Assembly: GCF_016432865.1 (NCBI RefSeq)
Contig: NC_067399.1
Location: 93,930,001 to 93,994,000, forward strand
Direction: 5' to 3'
DNA: 64,000 nucleotides
Source of the DNA: Antechinus flavipes
Lineage: Eukaryota
The position numbers were made by a program, and so were the translations under genes. Positions 37,827 to 53,197 of the stretch are shown here, one piece after another (position 1 is the stretch's first letter; every line of letters starts with the position of its first letter). The notes below the pieces were generated by a model. That model was not told where the DNA came from. It saw nothing but the letters and a program-made list of their open reading frames with translations, and ran no database searches.

Positions 37827-39928
37827 TGGTATACCTAGAGAACCCCAGAGATTCTACTAAAAAGCTATTAGAAATAATTCATAATTTTAGCAAAGTAGCT
37901 GGCTACAAAATAAATCCCCATAAATCCTCAGCATTTTTATACATCACCAACAAAACCCAACAGCAAGAGATACAAAGAGAAATTCCATTCAAAATAACTG
38001 TTGATACCATGAAATATTTGGGAATCTATCTACCAAAGGAAAGTCAGGAATTATATGAGCAAAATTATAAAAAAGTCTCCACACAAATAAAGTCAGACTT
38101 AAATAATTAGAAAAATATTAAGTGCTCTTGGATCGGCCGAGCGAACATAATAAAGATGACAATACTCCCTAAACTAATCTATTTATTTAGTGCTATACCA
38201 ATCAGACTTTCAAGAAAATATTTTAATGATCTAGAAAAAATAACAACAAAATTCATATGGAACAATAAAAAGTTGAGAATCTCAAGGGAATTAATGAAAA
38301 AAAAAAATCAAATGAAGGTGGCCTAGCTGTACCTGATCTAAAATTATATTATAAAGCAGCAGTCACCAAAAACATTTGGTATTGGCTAAGAAATAGATTA
38401 GTGGATCAGTGGAAAAGGTTAGGTTCACAAGACAGAATAGTCAACTATAGCAATCTAGTGTTTGACAAACCCAAAGACCCTAACTTCTGGGATAAGAATA
38501 CATTATTTGATAAAAACTGCTGGGATAATTGGAAATTAGTATGGCAGAAATTAGGCATGGACCCACACTTAACACCATATACCAAGATAAGATCAAAATG
38601 GGTCCATGACCTAGGCATAAAGAACGAAATTATAAATAAATTAGAGGAACATAGGATAGTTTATCTCTCAGACTTGTGGAGAAGAAAGAAATTTGTGACC
38701 AAAGATGAACTAGAGACCATTACTGATCACAAAACAGAAAATTTTGATTACATCAAATTAAAAAGCCTTTGTACAAATAAAACTAATGCAAACAAGATTA
38801 GAAGGGAAGCAACAAACTGGGAAAACATCTTCACAGTTAAAGGTTCTGATAAAGGCCTCATTTCCAAAATATATAGAGAACTGACTCAAATTTATAAGAA
38901 ATCAAGCCATTCTCCAATTGATAAATGGTCAAAGGATATGAATAGACAATTTTCAGAGGATGAAATTGAAACTATTACCACTCATATGAAAGAGTGTTCC
39001 AAATCATTATTGATCAGAGAAATGCAAATTAAGACAACTCTGAGATACCACTACATACCTGTCAGATTGGCTAAGATGACAGGAAAAAATAATGATGAAT
39101 GTTGGAGGGGATGCGGGAAAACTGGGACACTGATGCATTGTTGGTGGAGTTGTGAACGAATCCAACGATTCTGGAGAGCAATATGGAATTATGCCCAAAA
39201 AGTTATCAAATTGTGCATACCCTTTGATCCAGCAGTGTTTCTATTGGGCTCATATCCCAAAGAAATACTAAAGAAGGGAAAGGGACCTGTATGTGCCAAA
39301 ATGTTTGTAGCAGCCCTGTTTGTAGTGGCTAGAAACTGGAAAATGAATGGATGCCCATCAATTGGAGAATGGCTGGGTAAATTGTGGTATATGAATGTTA
39401 TGGAATATTATTGTTCCGTAAGAAATGACCAACAAGATGAATACAGAGAGGACTGGCGAGACTTACATGAACTGATGCTAAGTGAAATGAACAGAACCAG
39501 GAGATCATTATACACTTCGACAACGATATTGTATGAGGACATATTTTGATGGAAGTGGATTTCTTTGACAAAGAGACCTAACTCAGTTTCAATTGATAAA
39601 TGACGGACAGAAGCAGCTACACCCAAAGAAAGAACACTGGGAAACGAATGTGAACTATCTGCATTTTTGTTTTTCTTCCCGGGTTATTTATACCTTCTGA
39701 ATCCAATTCTCCCTGTGCAACAAGAGAACTGTTCGGTTCTGCAAACATATATTGTATCTAGGACATACTGTAACATATCCAACATATATAGGACTGCTTC
39801 CATCTAGGGGAGGGGATGGAGGGAGGAAGGGGAAAAATCGGAACAGAAACAAGTGCAAGGGATAATGTTGTAAAAAAAATTACCCTGGCATGGATTCTGT
39901 CAATACAAAGTAATTATTAAATAAAAAT
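37827..39928 (+). mobile_element. Young 5'-truncated L1 (ORF2 C-terminal half plus 3'UTR) with a 15-bp TSD
   Basis: Open 382-aa ORF2 C-terminus (HCWW, CxxC); TSD aaaaattgtacctaa at 37812-37826 and 39929-39943; canonical tttt/aaaa endonuclease site. Confidence 0.96.
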
Positions 39929-40361
39929 AAAAATTGTACCTAAAAAGTGATCAATCCTTTACTAAGTTCAACATTCTGGTATGCTGACCAGTTTTAATCA
40001 AAGATTGAACAGTACAGTATATGCTGTTTTTCTCATCTTTAGTATATTTTCCCTCGATTTAAACCTCCCTCTGCCAACATAAAATTTTTAAAAGCATCAA
40101 TAGTTATATTTTTCAAATCTATCTATCCTGCAAGATTTTTCTATTATTCAAACATTTCCTATTAGCAGTTTCTGACAAAGAATATTTTACTTTGCCAAAA
40201 GCTTCCTCCATTTAAAAAATAATAGTTTGTAAACTTCTTAGCAGCAGTAGCTCTGAAACTCAGCCACCTGTACTAATTCAAATACTAGGAAACTTCCAAG
40301 CTTGGGGGAAAAAGGTTAAACACTAACAATGGCTGAAATACAAAGAAGCCTATTTATTATA

Positions 40362-41289
40362 TGTTATAGCCTGATGAGCTGAAGCAGATTCAAATATCTT
40401 TTTTTTTTTTTTTTAAATTAAATTTTTTATTTAATAATTACATTATATTGACACTCATTTCTGTTCCGATTTTTTTTTCCCCTCCCTCCCTCCACCCCCT
40501 CCCCTAGATGGCAAGCAGTCCTTTATATGTTGGATATGTTGCAGTATAGCAGATTCAAATATCAAAGGACAAACAGATCTTGACCAATTTGAAAACTGCA
40601 GGAATTCAAAGCAAGAAGCTCACAAAAACAAGTAAGGTCGAGGTCCTTAGAGAAGCTAAAGAATTGATCCCTGAGACAAGCAGGCAGAAAGCACTAATAG
40701 ATTAGTTTAGTTTCATGGTCCCACCCTCTGAGGAATCTGTCCTGTCAGAAATCCAAGTTTTGTCAAATCTCTGACCCAAAAAGAAGTCTTGAGCAATTTT
40801 CTTTTGCCATGTCCTGTCAAAAATCCCAGTCATGTCCCTGAGGTTAAATTTTCCCTTTAAAATCTACTTATGGACCATCCTATATCAGGCTGCTGTCTTC
40901 CTTTGGGTCAGTCAGTTCACCATGGCACTCTGCCTCATGGTGTCTTTCTCCTTAGCCCCTCCACCTCCTCCCATGTCACGCCTAACTCCCCTATCTCCCC
41001 TGCCCCACCCCTTTTCCTCCTTACAGCTAGTTAACTCTTTTAGGATGCTAATCCCTTTCAGGATTTAGACTACTAGCTAAGGGCATGCTCCAACATCATG
41101 GGGCGCTCCCTTTCTACTAAGTCATTGTGAGTTGTCTTTCATATGCTCTCCTACTCTATTTCATATTTGCTATTCCTGGTGTCTGTTGTCTGTAATCTAT
41201 TCCCCTAAGTAAATCCACCTTTTTGTCAAAAAGAATGATCACTGTGAATTCTTCACATGACTGAAGCCCAACTTTTGGTGTCTACATCA
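40362..41289 (+). mobile_element. Solo LTR, probably ERV2/betaretrovirus-like, with a 6-bp TSD
   Basis: TG...CA termini; TSD attata at 40356-40361 and 41290-41295; AGTAAA at 41208-41213; orientation inferred. Confidence 0.8.
40399..40547 (-). mobile_element. 149-bp L1 3' end nested in the solo LTR, with a 16-bp TSD
   Basis: Matches the reverse complement of 39780-39925; TSD agcagattcaaatatc at 40383-40398 and 40548-40563. Confidence 0.92.
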
Positions 41290-42546
41290 ATTATAACATG
41301 TTGGTCCTCAAACCACATTAGTATGTGTGTTAAGTATAAGAAGAATTTGTATTTTGTTCAAAGTTTGATTTTTGTTAATAAGGCTTTTTAAAAAAAGGAA
41401 TAATGTCAAAGTATAGAACAAGAAATTTATATTTTTTGAGAGGAAAGCAGTAAGTCAAACTATTCTGAAATTTTTTTTGGATGTGCTCTACATAAAACAA
41501 AGCCAGGAAAAACCAAAAGCAAACCAAAACACACCCCTACTCCCCCAAAATAAACACCTTTCTGGAGTGAGGTCATCTCACTAAATCACAAACTGTAAAC
41601 CTTAAAAAGAACAATAAAAAGACAACCAATCAAAAAACAAACACTTGAGATAAAAAAAAAACTTCTTTCAAAGATTTTAAGTTTGCATCACAACACTTTA
41701 AAAATTCAGTTTTTACTTACATTATACTGATATAATCATTTTGATCTAATGAAAGTACTTTTTTAAAATCCAATTTTGAAGTAAGGTGTTTTGCCCTTAA
41801 TACATAAAGAATGGGTGACTTTGGATATATCACAACCCCTCAGTCTACTGTACAAGCTACATCTCTTAAGAGGTTTCTCACTCGGAGCTCCCTCTTTTAA
41901 TAAAATCACAAGTTTGGGAGGGGGGAAAAAAGGAAAAAAAGCAATAATCCTCCGTGTCTTTTGTATCATCAAGCTCAATTCAAATAAGTTAAGTGGTATA
42001 ATATGCATGCCTGGCCAGTTTTCTTTTAATCCCCCCAATTTTACTATCCTTAGAGGATATATTGTAATGGGAATAATATAAGAATGCCATGAAGAATGGA
42101 CAAGAAGTAATTAATGTTGCCAAAATCATTTCTTCCCTAAAACTTTCTTCTCCTTGATATTCTTTACTCCTCCGCAGCCCTTTGCCTGACAGACAATATT
42201 AAAATATTTCAAATACCTGTACCTTAAAAAAAGGAATGTCTATTTGAATGGTGAAGAAAAAAATTCTTTGAAACAGTAATATAAGAGAGCACTCTTACAG
42301 CAAAGTTCATGTACAGCAAATAGCCAATTCTATAATATATTATGTACATATAATGTACAAAGTACCATGATACTAGAGAGTAAAAAAAACCCATAAACAG
42401 TTGCTGTGTCTAAAGAACTTTCATCCTACTGAGTAGTACTATGTAGATCAGAACCTAGTGATAAGTGGACATGTGACAATTTGAAGAACAGAAATGTCAA
42501 CTTCCATGGGAAGCTGTTCTTGATTTCTTTCAAAACTAAGGGTTCT

Positions 42547-42641
42547 TAACAAAAGTTTTACAAAAATCAATGTTAAACTATCTTTACGTGTATTTGGAAA
42601 AATAAAATAGTATTTTAAAAAAGGAAAACAAAACAACACAA
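42547..42641 (+). mobile_element. 95-bp L1 3' tip with a 15-bp TSD
   Basis: aatgttaaactatctttacgtgtatttggaaaaataaaa plus A-rich tail; TSD aaaactaagggttct at 42532-42546 and 42642-42656. Confidence 0.8.
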
Positions 42642-44519
42642 AAAACTAAGGGTTCTCAAAGTGAAGGTTAAGAAGAGTTAGTCTGGATAAAAGCAGTATT
42701 AGGTGAGAGAATGGTAGGAAAGCAGACTAGTTTGTACAGAAAGAGTTTTAAAATCACTATCATCTTCTATTAATTTGCTGCCAACTACAAGATTGATCAG
42801 TTATAACAGCTAACATAAGTAATAGTTCAGAAGAGATAAATGACAATCAAACTACACACCTATTTTTTTCTCTTTTGTAACTCACACTTTAATCCACAGC
42901 TTCAACTATCAAATCTGAGTATATACCCCAAATCTTTCTGGAGTGAGTTAAAGCTTTTCTCCTAAACTCTAATCTTATACTTATTGTCTGTGGATAAAGA
43001 ATATTAAGTTCATTGTCACCCTTTCCCATTATTACTGATATTCCTATTTCTGTTAATGAACATCTCCTCACCACATTCCTGAATTCCTAACTACTCAATT
43101 TCTATTGAGGGTAAGCCTCATACTTCTAAGTTATGTCATATTTTTACAATTCCCATAGCTAATCAGATAGAAAGTTTTGTGCATGTGAAAAACACTCACG
43201 TCTTTTTGTCTGCCTAGACAGCCATCACTGTAGATAGTTCAGAATATTATCAGTTCCTTATCTAGATTAGAATTATCACAAAAGCTTCCTAAATAGCCTC
43301 CTAATTGTCATTTTCTCCTTTCTCCAATTTATGCTACATAGAACTGTCAAATTCCTAAACCACAGGAGTGAGGACCATGTAAATTTCCTTTCTCAAGAAG
43401 GTTCCAATTAGGATACAATATAAACATCTATGTCAGACTTGTAAAGAGCTTTACAATCAGGGTCCACTTTTCTGGATTTATTCTTTTCTTTATAGACTCT
43501 ATGTTTTAACACCAGACTGATCTAAATGTTTCAGTAGGGCATTACATCTCCTATCTTCATGCCTTTTGTTTTCATACTCTTCCCTGTTCTGGAATACACT
43601 CTTTTCTCATTCCCAACTTCCTTCGATGACACCTAATCTACAGATCTTTCCTAGTCTCATTAACCTGATGGAAGTTTCTTTATATGTGCTCATATTGTTT
43701 CTCTCCAAAAGAATACAAGCTTAATGATGGCAAATGGTTTTGTTTTGCTTTCCTTCCAAAACTTGACCTATCCATATCTGGCACTCAGTAAATATATGAT
43801 GCCTGCATCACTATTTTAATAGTTACCTAGAACAAAAAACCCAAGTCATTCATTATTCACTGTATTATAGCCTAGGAGAGAAAAGGTAACTTATGGGCAA
43901 CTCAGTTCAATCCCTTTATTTGACAAATGAGGAAACTAAAGTACAGAGAAGTTAAAGTGAGTTCTCTGAGGTTACATATAGAATTAGAGTTGAGAAGGAA
44001 ATTTATATCAAGTTCTGCCTCCCAAATCAAACATTTTTTCACTGCACTACAAAGGAGTAAATTCCCTAGCACTAGAAGACCTGAGGCACAGAGACTAAGT
44101 GATCATATGTTAGGGATGCTGTGGAATTGCTGCGCACCTAGGGGTCAGAAGAGAAGACTTCTTAAATCCCTTCCAAAGTAGATTCATGAGTTGATGATCT
44201 GGAAAAGGTTCCCCTCTGCATCTTCTCTCCTTCCTTCATTCAGTCACCAATTCCTGCTGTTTCTACTCTTCCTTTCCAATGTCTCTGAAATCCGTAAGTT
44301 CCCTTCCATTTCCACTCCCAGCATTACTAAAATGATCTTCTAAATAGCCTACTTAATTTCATATTTTTTCTTGTAGTCTGTTATGTACTGAGAACTTCTC
44401 AAAATATTTAAACTTGCAAAGTATCTTTTGGTTAGTTTAGAAAGCTGTAAATCATCCTCACAAATATCTCCCAATGGCTACATGTTGCCAAAATCCAAAA
44501 GCTTTGGCCCTTGTTGGTC

Positions 44520-45975
44520 CTGCCATGAAATAAGCAGGACTTAACTGCCCTCATGAGTTCAATGTTTCTTGATCAGAATAAACTATGAGAGTACTGAAAA
44601 ACCGTGAAGTTGTGCTAAATAACTGTTAGTAATCTTTGAGAAATCATAGTCAAAGGAGAAATGCCAATATAATGTCATGTCTCTACTGGACTGGAAATGG
44701 GTAATCTTGATGAGAGATCTATTTTCCCTGTGACAGTTCTAAAATGGACTACTAAATAGATGATTTGAGAGTACTTAGAAATGAAAGAAATACTAAGAGC
44801 CAACATTGGCTTGAATAAGACAAAGTCATGTCAGACTACCCTCTTTTCCTTTGTTGAGGGTTACAGATCAGGGGGATCCTGGATACATATATGAATTTTA
44901 GCATCTGACAATAAGATCTACTTTATGTAAATTATCTGTAAAAACAGATTAGGAAACTGAGATTCAGAGTGGTTAAGCGATTCATTCACAGTCACATAGC
45001 CAGAATCAATCCCAGGATCAAAAGTCCTATGAATTCTAGTCTAATATTCTTTCCATGGGCTCTATACAAATATATTATGAAAGATATAGACTGGATGATC
45101 AAACACTTAGGTGGGAAATTCAGAAGGTGTTAAATTGTCAGAAGGTGACAATTGGCTAACAATTCAATATCAAATTGGAAAAAAATCTCTATGGTCCATT
45201 TTGTTTAAAAAAAAAAAAAATCAACTGCTTTAGACATAGGTAGCATGTCAGGAGATAACAAAATTGGGAGAAATAGAATGAGTTTGAGATAAAAGATCTG
45301 GAATACAACCCAACCCATCCCCTCCCCCCCAAAAAAAATCTGTATAAGATGTAGTAGGCTCAGATAAATAAACTGAAATTTAAGAGTCCTTATTTAAATT
45401 AAAAAAGAAAAAAAAACACCCAACTATATTAGTACAGGAGAGATATAATGTAGAAAAAAGTAAGTTTAAATGATTGAGGGTTCTAATGAAATGTAAGCTC
45501 CATGAATCAGTAATGTGATGTGGCAAGCAAAAAAGTTAATCTGACCTAACATTAAATTAACAGAAGCATAAATATCCAGGATAAGGAAGATTATTCTTTC
45601 ACACATTTGAAATGAAACAAACAATTCTGAGTGTCATATTTTAAATTGCAACTCATACAGAAAACTGCTCAGGGAAATAAAAGTCACTAGAAGCCAAGCC
45701 ACAGGATAAATTAGCAAAAAGTGAGAATGTTTATAGCCTAGCAAAGACAAACCCTGTTTGGTGTGGAGGTGAGAAAAGAAGAGATGGTATGATAATAGTT
45801 TTCAAATATTCAAAAGAATTGTTAAGTAGGAAAAAAGACTAGATTCATTCATTCTTCTTGGCTAGAAAGCAGCTTAATATAAGGAAAAGCTTCCAAGTAA
45901 CAGAAGTTGTCTAAAAACACAGTAAGTTACCTTAAGGAGTAGTGAGATTATGGCCATTGGAAGTCATCAAGGCCA
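44520..45975 (+). mobile_element. Degraded CR1/L3 LINE interrupted by a MIR at about 44930-45060
   Basis: aaagtcatgtcagactacc (KSCQT motif of CR1 RT) and a CR1-like 3' region; boundaries approximate. Confidence 0.6.
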
Positions 45976-45979
45976 CTTG

Positions 45980-46446
45980 TTGGGGATCACAAAGACCTCT
46001 CAAAGAGTCCAGAGATCCCTTTGGAAAAATCAAAATAATTTTCATAACACTAAGAAGCTGTCTGTCTATTAAAATACTCTCTATTTTCCAACCAGACAGC
46101 TGTATGAAGTCAGATTTTCTTCTTATACTTCAACCAAAAGAACATATTGCTATTGATTGAATAAAGAAATAGATGAAAATATAGTATTCTCTTAACCCAG
46201 ATATTATGGGGATTTCTCAAAATATATAAAACAAAGGCACTCTTCTCACTAAATTTATTTTTAAAAAAACTTTCATAAAAATGATATTTGGATTAGCATG
46301 TAATTAGTTTATTATTTTAAAACATGTTTTCAGTCAATTTCTGATATTACAAATAAAGCTAAAACTCATGTGAACAAAAGCTTTTTGGAATCCTCAATGA
46401 TTTTTAATTATAAAGGGGTACTGAGACTAAAAGTTTGAGAGTACTG
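45980..46446 (+). mobile_element. hAT-Charlie (Charlie1-like) DNA transposon relic
   Basis: gattttcttcttatacttcaaccaaaag...actcttctcactaa and terminal aaaagtttgagagtactg resemble Charlie1, from my recollection of the consensus. Confidence 0.6.
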
Positions 46447-47239
46447 TTACAGACCAAGTCTTTGATTACTACATGCTGCCTTGTCCTTGTCTTATAATGA
46501 TTTGTATAAATATCTATTATCTTATTAATCTACCTGAGAAGATGAATATCTATAGCTACATTGAGTTCTTTGTATGTAAGTGGAGTGGCATAGTAGAAAG
46601 AATACTATGAAAAGCCTAGGTTATTGATTCTAAATCCTGTTTCATCATTTATAAAATACTCAAAACACCCTACTACATTGGACTGTGAGAATCAAATATA
46701 ATAAATCAATTAGAAAACATGAATTGCTAAATACATTTGATGAATAATAATTTGCAAGCCTTGTAATAAAACATAATTGAAAAAAATTGTTTTGGTTACC
46801 TAAGTTAAAAACATTTAAATGCTGATTAATAGACTTATTTTAAGAATAGAAGGAGAAAGAGCCAAGTTAAGATGTATTCAACAGCCTATATTGACATGTT
46901 CCTCAATGCCAAAACACTTAAAATATTAAAAACTTATACACAATTAAGTGCTAAATATTAAGACAGAACAAATTAATAGCAGCAGCATAAGGGCAGTTTG
47001 ATTTTTAACTTTTTTGTAAGTTCACCAAGGAAAAGGTTGAAAGGGCTTTAGTTGTGAATGTAAAGGCTTAAAATTTTGAGAGTGCTTGTCAACATTAAAT
47101 TAGTAGTGGAAGCTGTAAAGAATTGATTTTTAAAGTTTTTCCTATCTTGACAAAGTATTCTGTTAATTAAGCTGTTCATTTGTGCTCATTTGGTACTGTC
47201 AATTTTACCTTTACATTATCTCCCTTAATTTTTTATTTT

Positions 47240-47960
47240 GTCTCTAACCCTGCCACCACCCTAATGCAGGCTCATAATCTGATGCCTGGAATACTGGAAT
47301 ACTGATTTCATCTCTCTGTTCAAGTCCCTCCCCAATCTAATGCATCCTCCACTGAGCCATCAAACTAACCTTCCCAAACCACAGGCCCAAACCGAACTCT
47401 TAGACCCCATTCCATATATTCCAGTAGATTCCTATTACTTCCAAGATTACATATACAAATCCTATTTGGTTTCAAAAGTCTGTCATTACCTGGAAGTTTT
47501 CTATTTTTCCAATATTCTTACACCCTACTTGTTCTTTACCATGTACTCTACAATCCTACAGACACTAGTTTCCTTGCCTCATCCTTCCATTTCAGGTATT
47601 TTTACTCGCTGTCTTTAATATCTGGAACATAATGACTTCCCTCATTTCTGCCTCTTAGCACCCCTAGTTTCCTTTAATTATCAGCTAAAAGGTCACCTTC
47701 TGCAAAAAATCTTTATTAATCTTCCTCTTTAACTTTAGTGCCTTCCGACTACCCTAATTTATCACATACACACCCCCCATATACATATATACATATTTAC
47801 AAATATGTATATTTGTGTGTATGTATATATCTTGTTTGTATATTGTTGCTTGTATGTTGTCTCCCACAATAAATTGCGAATTTCTTGAGTGTAAAGAAAT
47901 TTTTGCCTTCCATTACCTCCTAAGTACTTAGCAAAGTGCCCAGTTCAGTAGTGCCTAAAA
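47240..47960 (+). mobile_element. L2 3' region
   Basis: ctgccaccaccctaatgcaggctc...tctggaac...tagcaaagtgcc, in typical L2 3' order. Confidence 0.55.
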
Positions 47961-48154
47961 ATGCTCGTCAACTTGCTCATTTAGAAAATGATGAACTGCT
48001 ATGTATATTAATGAATCGTATTGTAATTGTTTTTCCACTTGCTTTTTGACTAATAAAGTTTGGAATGTACGCAGTAAAAAAAAATTAAATATGTCCAAAT
48101 ATTTATTGGTAAATAAGAATTATCTAGTTGATGACGTGAATCAGATGTTTTCTA

Positions 48155-48313
<159 letters not shown>

Positions 48314-48316
48314 CTA

Positions 48317-48559
<243 letters not shown>

Positions 48560-49307
48560 TTATTTAATTTTACTCTCTTTGTAATACATATCCTCATAAA
48601 GTCTACAATGACAACACTGAATCATGGGTTCTAAAAACCAATACCAGCAGAATATAAACTCAAACTGACTTTAACAAGTTTGAAGGCTTGTTTCAATTCA
48701 ATTCAACAAACATTTTTTAAAGTTATAGGATTCTATTTATAAGGACTATATATACAAAAATCGAAATGTGTATATGTAAATGTATACACATACACACTTG
48801 CAGAAAAAAAGCTGCCAGGTAATTTGATTGAAATGAAGAATTAAAGGTGAGTTAAAATGAGGAAAGGTAGACTGAAGCCATTATCATGGGATTTTAAATA
48901 AAGTGAATTTTGTCTTTTATTCTAGAGATAATCCAGTAAAACTACATTAGTTAAAGTGGGACAAAGCCCTACATACCTATTGTTTAAGGAAAACCTACAT
49001 AAATCCTGAGAGGCCAACTTAGTTGTGGTGTGATGAATATTTTGGTCACAGTTACTCTCAAAGGCCATCTACTAATTTATCAATGAGTTATGATCCGCAT
49101 AGCTGGCAAGTTTATCTATATTGAATACATGATACATTTCTTTATTTTAGTTTGTGAAAACATAGTTTAAACAAGTTTCTTTATTCAGATATGGGCAAGA
49201 ATGCATACATACATACACAGATATATTTGTGTATATGTGTGTATGTGTTACATGTATATTTCTATATACATTATAATACTCAAGTAACATCAACATATGT
49301 AATACTA

Positions 49308-49644
<337 letters not shown>

Positions 49645-50740
49645 TCATTTTTACTGAACAGATTAAACAATGTCTAGTGAAGGAATAAAGTTTAAATCTA
49701 AAGAACAGATCCAATACTATAAAACTAAGTAATAACACATATCTTTATAGTACTGCTTTATAAAATATTTTATTTGAAACTATCTTATGGCTGAGGTAGT
49801 ATAAAGTATTAATTCCTCTTTTATATATGAGGAAACTGAGATTGACTTGTTGTGGCCATAAAATATCTAGCAGATGGCTAAGTTGAAATCTGAATTCATG
49901 TCACAAAATCTAAGTTCTTTCCAATAAATTCTGCTGCCCTTGATTAATAAGTGTTGAAAATTGTACATAACATGTACCACATTTACATTAGACTTTATTA
50001 TATGTCATGTTAAAGAGACATAGTTTTTGGCATTATATGTTATAACAAGATTATGCATAATGGAATTCTAATAAAGCATATTAAACAATTAATAACTGGT
50101 AGAAAATGATCATTATCAAATTTGGGGGAGGGGAATGTGAGACAGAGATAAAGACAGAAGAATGTGAATGTAACTTTCAAGGGGCAGAGAAAAGAAGAGG
50201 AACTTCATAAGACATTTGCATTTATTTGAAAAAAATTTTCTTGCACTAACTATCAGAAAAACCAGCAGAGGGAGTATATTCATGAAATTTAAGAGACTGT
50301 TATACTAACGTTTGTAACTCTTTTTAGAAACAAAAACTATTGCAGCATTAGAACAAAACATCATTCCAGGCAAAATATGATACTGGATTTCAAATTTATT
50401 AAAAACACACTAAAGAATAATCAATGCTTCTTAATACATGCATTAGGAAAGAAAATATATATGCAAATGTTCATGTTTTAGCATAAGGTAGGTAATTCCA
50501 GGTGGAAGGATGAAAGCAATAAGCAATGTAGGTAATGACCTCACTTTAAAGGAAATGCAGCTTTATATATTCCAATATTCTTTTAAGTAAGAGTATTACC
50601 TTCTCTCTAAATTATTCTCCCTAAATATGTAGAAAGGATCCTTTGTATCATATAGTAGAATGAGTTTCTTCTCAAAAAATACTTTTGTTCAACAATACAT
50701 TGTTGCTACTTTAAGTGCATAATGTGTCACTGTTGTTTTA

Positions 50741-50926
<186 letters not shown>

Positions 50927-50989
50927 CTAAAAGAAATTTGAAATAAAAATATTAGTAATAAACTGTGAGGTTACTTTTGGAAGAAATTA

Positions 50990-51097
<108 letters not shown>

Positions 51098-51581
51098 CTA
51101 AATGCAAAGAAAAGCAAGATAAAAAAAAATTAATGCACTTGAATGTATAAAGAATTAAGACAAAAATGAAATATTTTTTAAATTTAAAATTAAAATTGTG
51201 GTATATTTGTATTAGTCAACCTTAACTGAAACAGTTTTTGAATATACATTTTCATTCATTAACTGTACCTTTTAAAGGGGTTAATTATGTAACATATGGC
51301 ATACCATTAATATGAAAGCAATGATGAAAAATTATAAGAAACCACAGACTACCTTATGCTAACTAGCATTAAATTCCTGGGAAGGAAAATAAAGTTCAAA
51401 GAAATTCAAAATGCCATAATATTTGTAGTTTTCTTAAGATTCCTGATGATCAAAGTGACAAAATATCTGCTGGATGACAAAAAGATACCTCCTTTTAAAT
51501 AATTTTTAATGTTAATGAGAATTTTTTTTAAGCTGAAATTTTATTTACAAATATGCAATGAGACAAGTACTTTCTATATTA

Positions 51582-51758
<177 letters not shown>

Positions 51759-52540
51759 TCAGATACAATAATTATTTCAAACAACATACATTCACAATTC
51801 AAACCTCAAAATTAATCCCTTTAAATAATCAACAGAAAATGAGACTTGGAAAAGGTAAAACATAGCAAAACTATTCTAGCTATTAATAGAATCATTTATA
51901 CTTTTAAGTAAAGTATAAAAGTTAGTGAAAAAATCAAATAGCAACTTAAAATGTTATTTTTTCACAACTGAAATTTTTTTAATTGTAAATTTTAATCTTT
52001 TAATCTTGTACTTTCTAAAATAAAAAAACATTCTGCAAATAACCTCTCCCTTCAGTTTAATTTGTCACTAATTTTACAAATTTTAAGACATTATTAATTG
52101 CTATTTAAGAATTATAGCTCTAACACTCTAGACAAGATTTTTTCCTACTAATTACACAATAAAAATTTTTATTAGTAAACACAAATAGACTTGTTAACAC
52201 TAATACAATAACACTTTTTTATGATACTATTATTTAAAAAGCAGGCAAAAAGAGAAATCTATTAGTTTATTTTTCTGAAACAATGAGAACTCCCATAATC
52301 ACCAAAAGAATGATAGTTATTAGTCAGTATATCATAAAGAAAATATTTTAATTAATTTTTAATAAACATTGTTTTGTCAGACATTGACATTTATGATAAC
52401 TAGGTACTTTAAAAACACAAGTTTTGATCAGCTATTTAAATATAACAGTAAGTTCACAATTCATCTTTCCTACCATATTTGGCACTACATGCAAGCAAAT
52501 AATATTTCTCAATATAATAATGAAGATAGCTTTTCACTCA

Positions 52541-52708
<168 letters not shown>

Positions 52709-53115
52709 TTAAATAGCCTAGCTGAATCCTAAGTAAATCATCAACATTAATGATTAGAATTTTTAAATACCAGAAAATAATTGATTCAAAAGAATTTTTT
52801 ATCTATACATAAAATCCTCTTCAAATTCTAAAACCCTCTCTTCACTTGAATTTGACAAGAATTGCTTGATTATATTCTTTTAGGAATGGCTTTCTTAACT
52901 TGGAAAAGATTGCAAAAATAAGTTTGCACACTATCAATATAAATCATAAGGTAGCAGAGACTGTCAGATTATTTAGCAAAATTCCAATTCTAATCCCCAA
53001 AAGATATGAAACAGTATTTTCTCCTAATTTCAGATTCTTAGTTTTGACATAAAATAAGTGAAAATGAATTTGGTTGATGTACCCTTCTCTATTCTCCAAT
53101 CCTTATAAAAAATAC

Positions 53116-53197
53116 CTGATAAGTCTTGTGATTTTCCAGAGACTCTTGCACGTTTTGCTCTATGACCAAAATTTTCGGTGGTGGAAGTAGAAGCACC
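53116..53197 (-). CDS. FBXO11: FBXO11 exon 3
   Basis: [27 protein letters not shown]; AAG acceptor; 82 nt. Confidence 0.94.
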
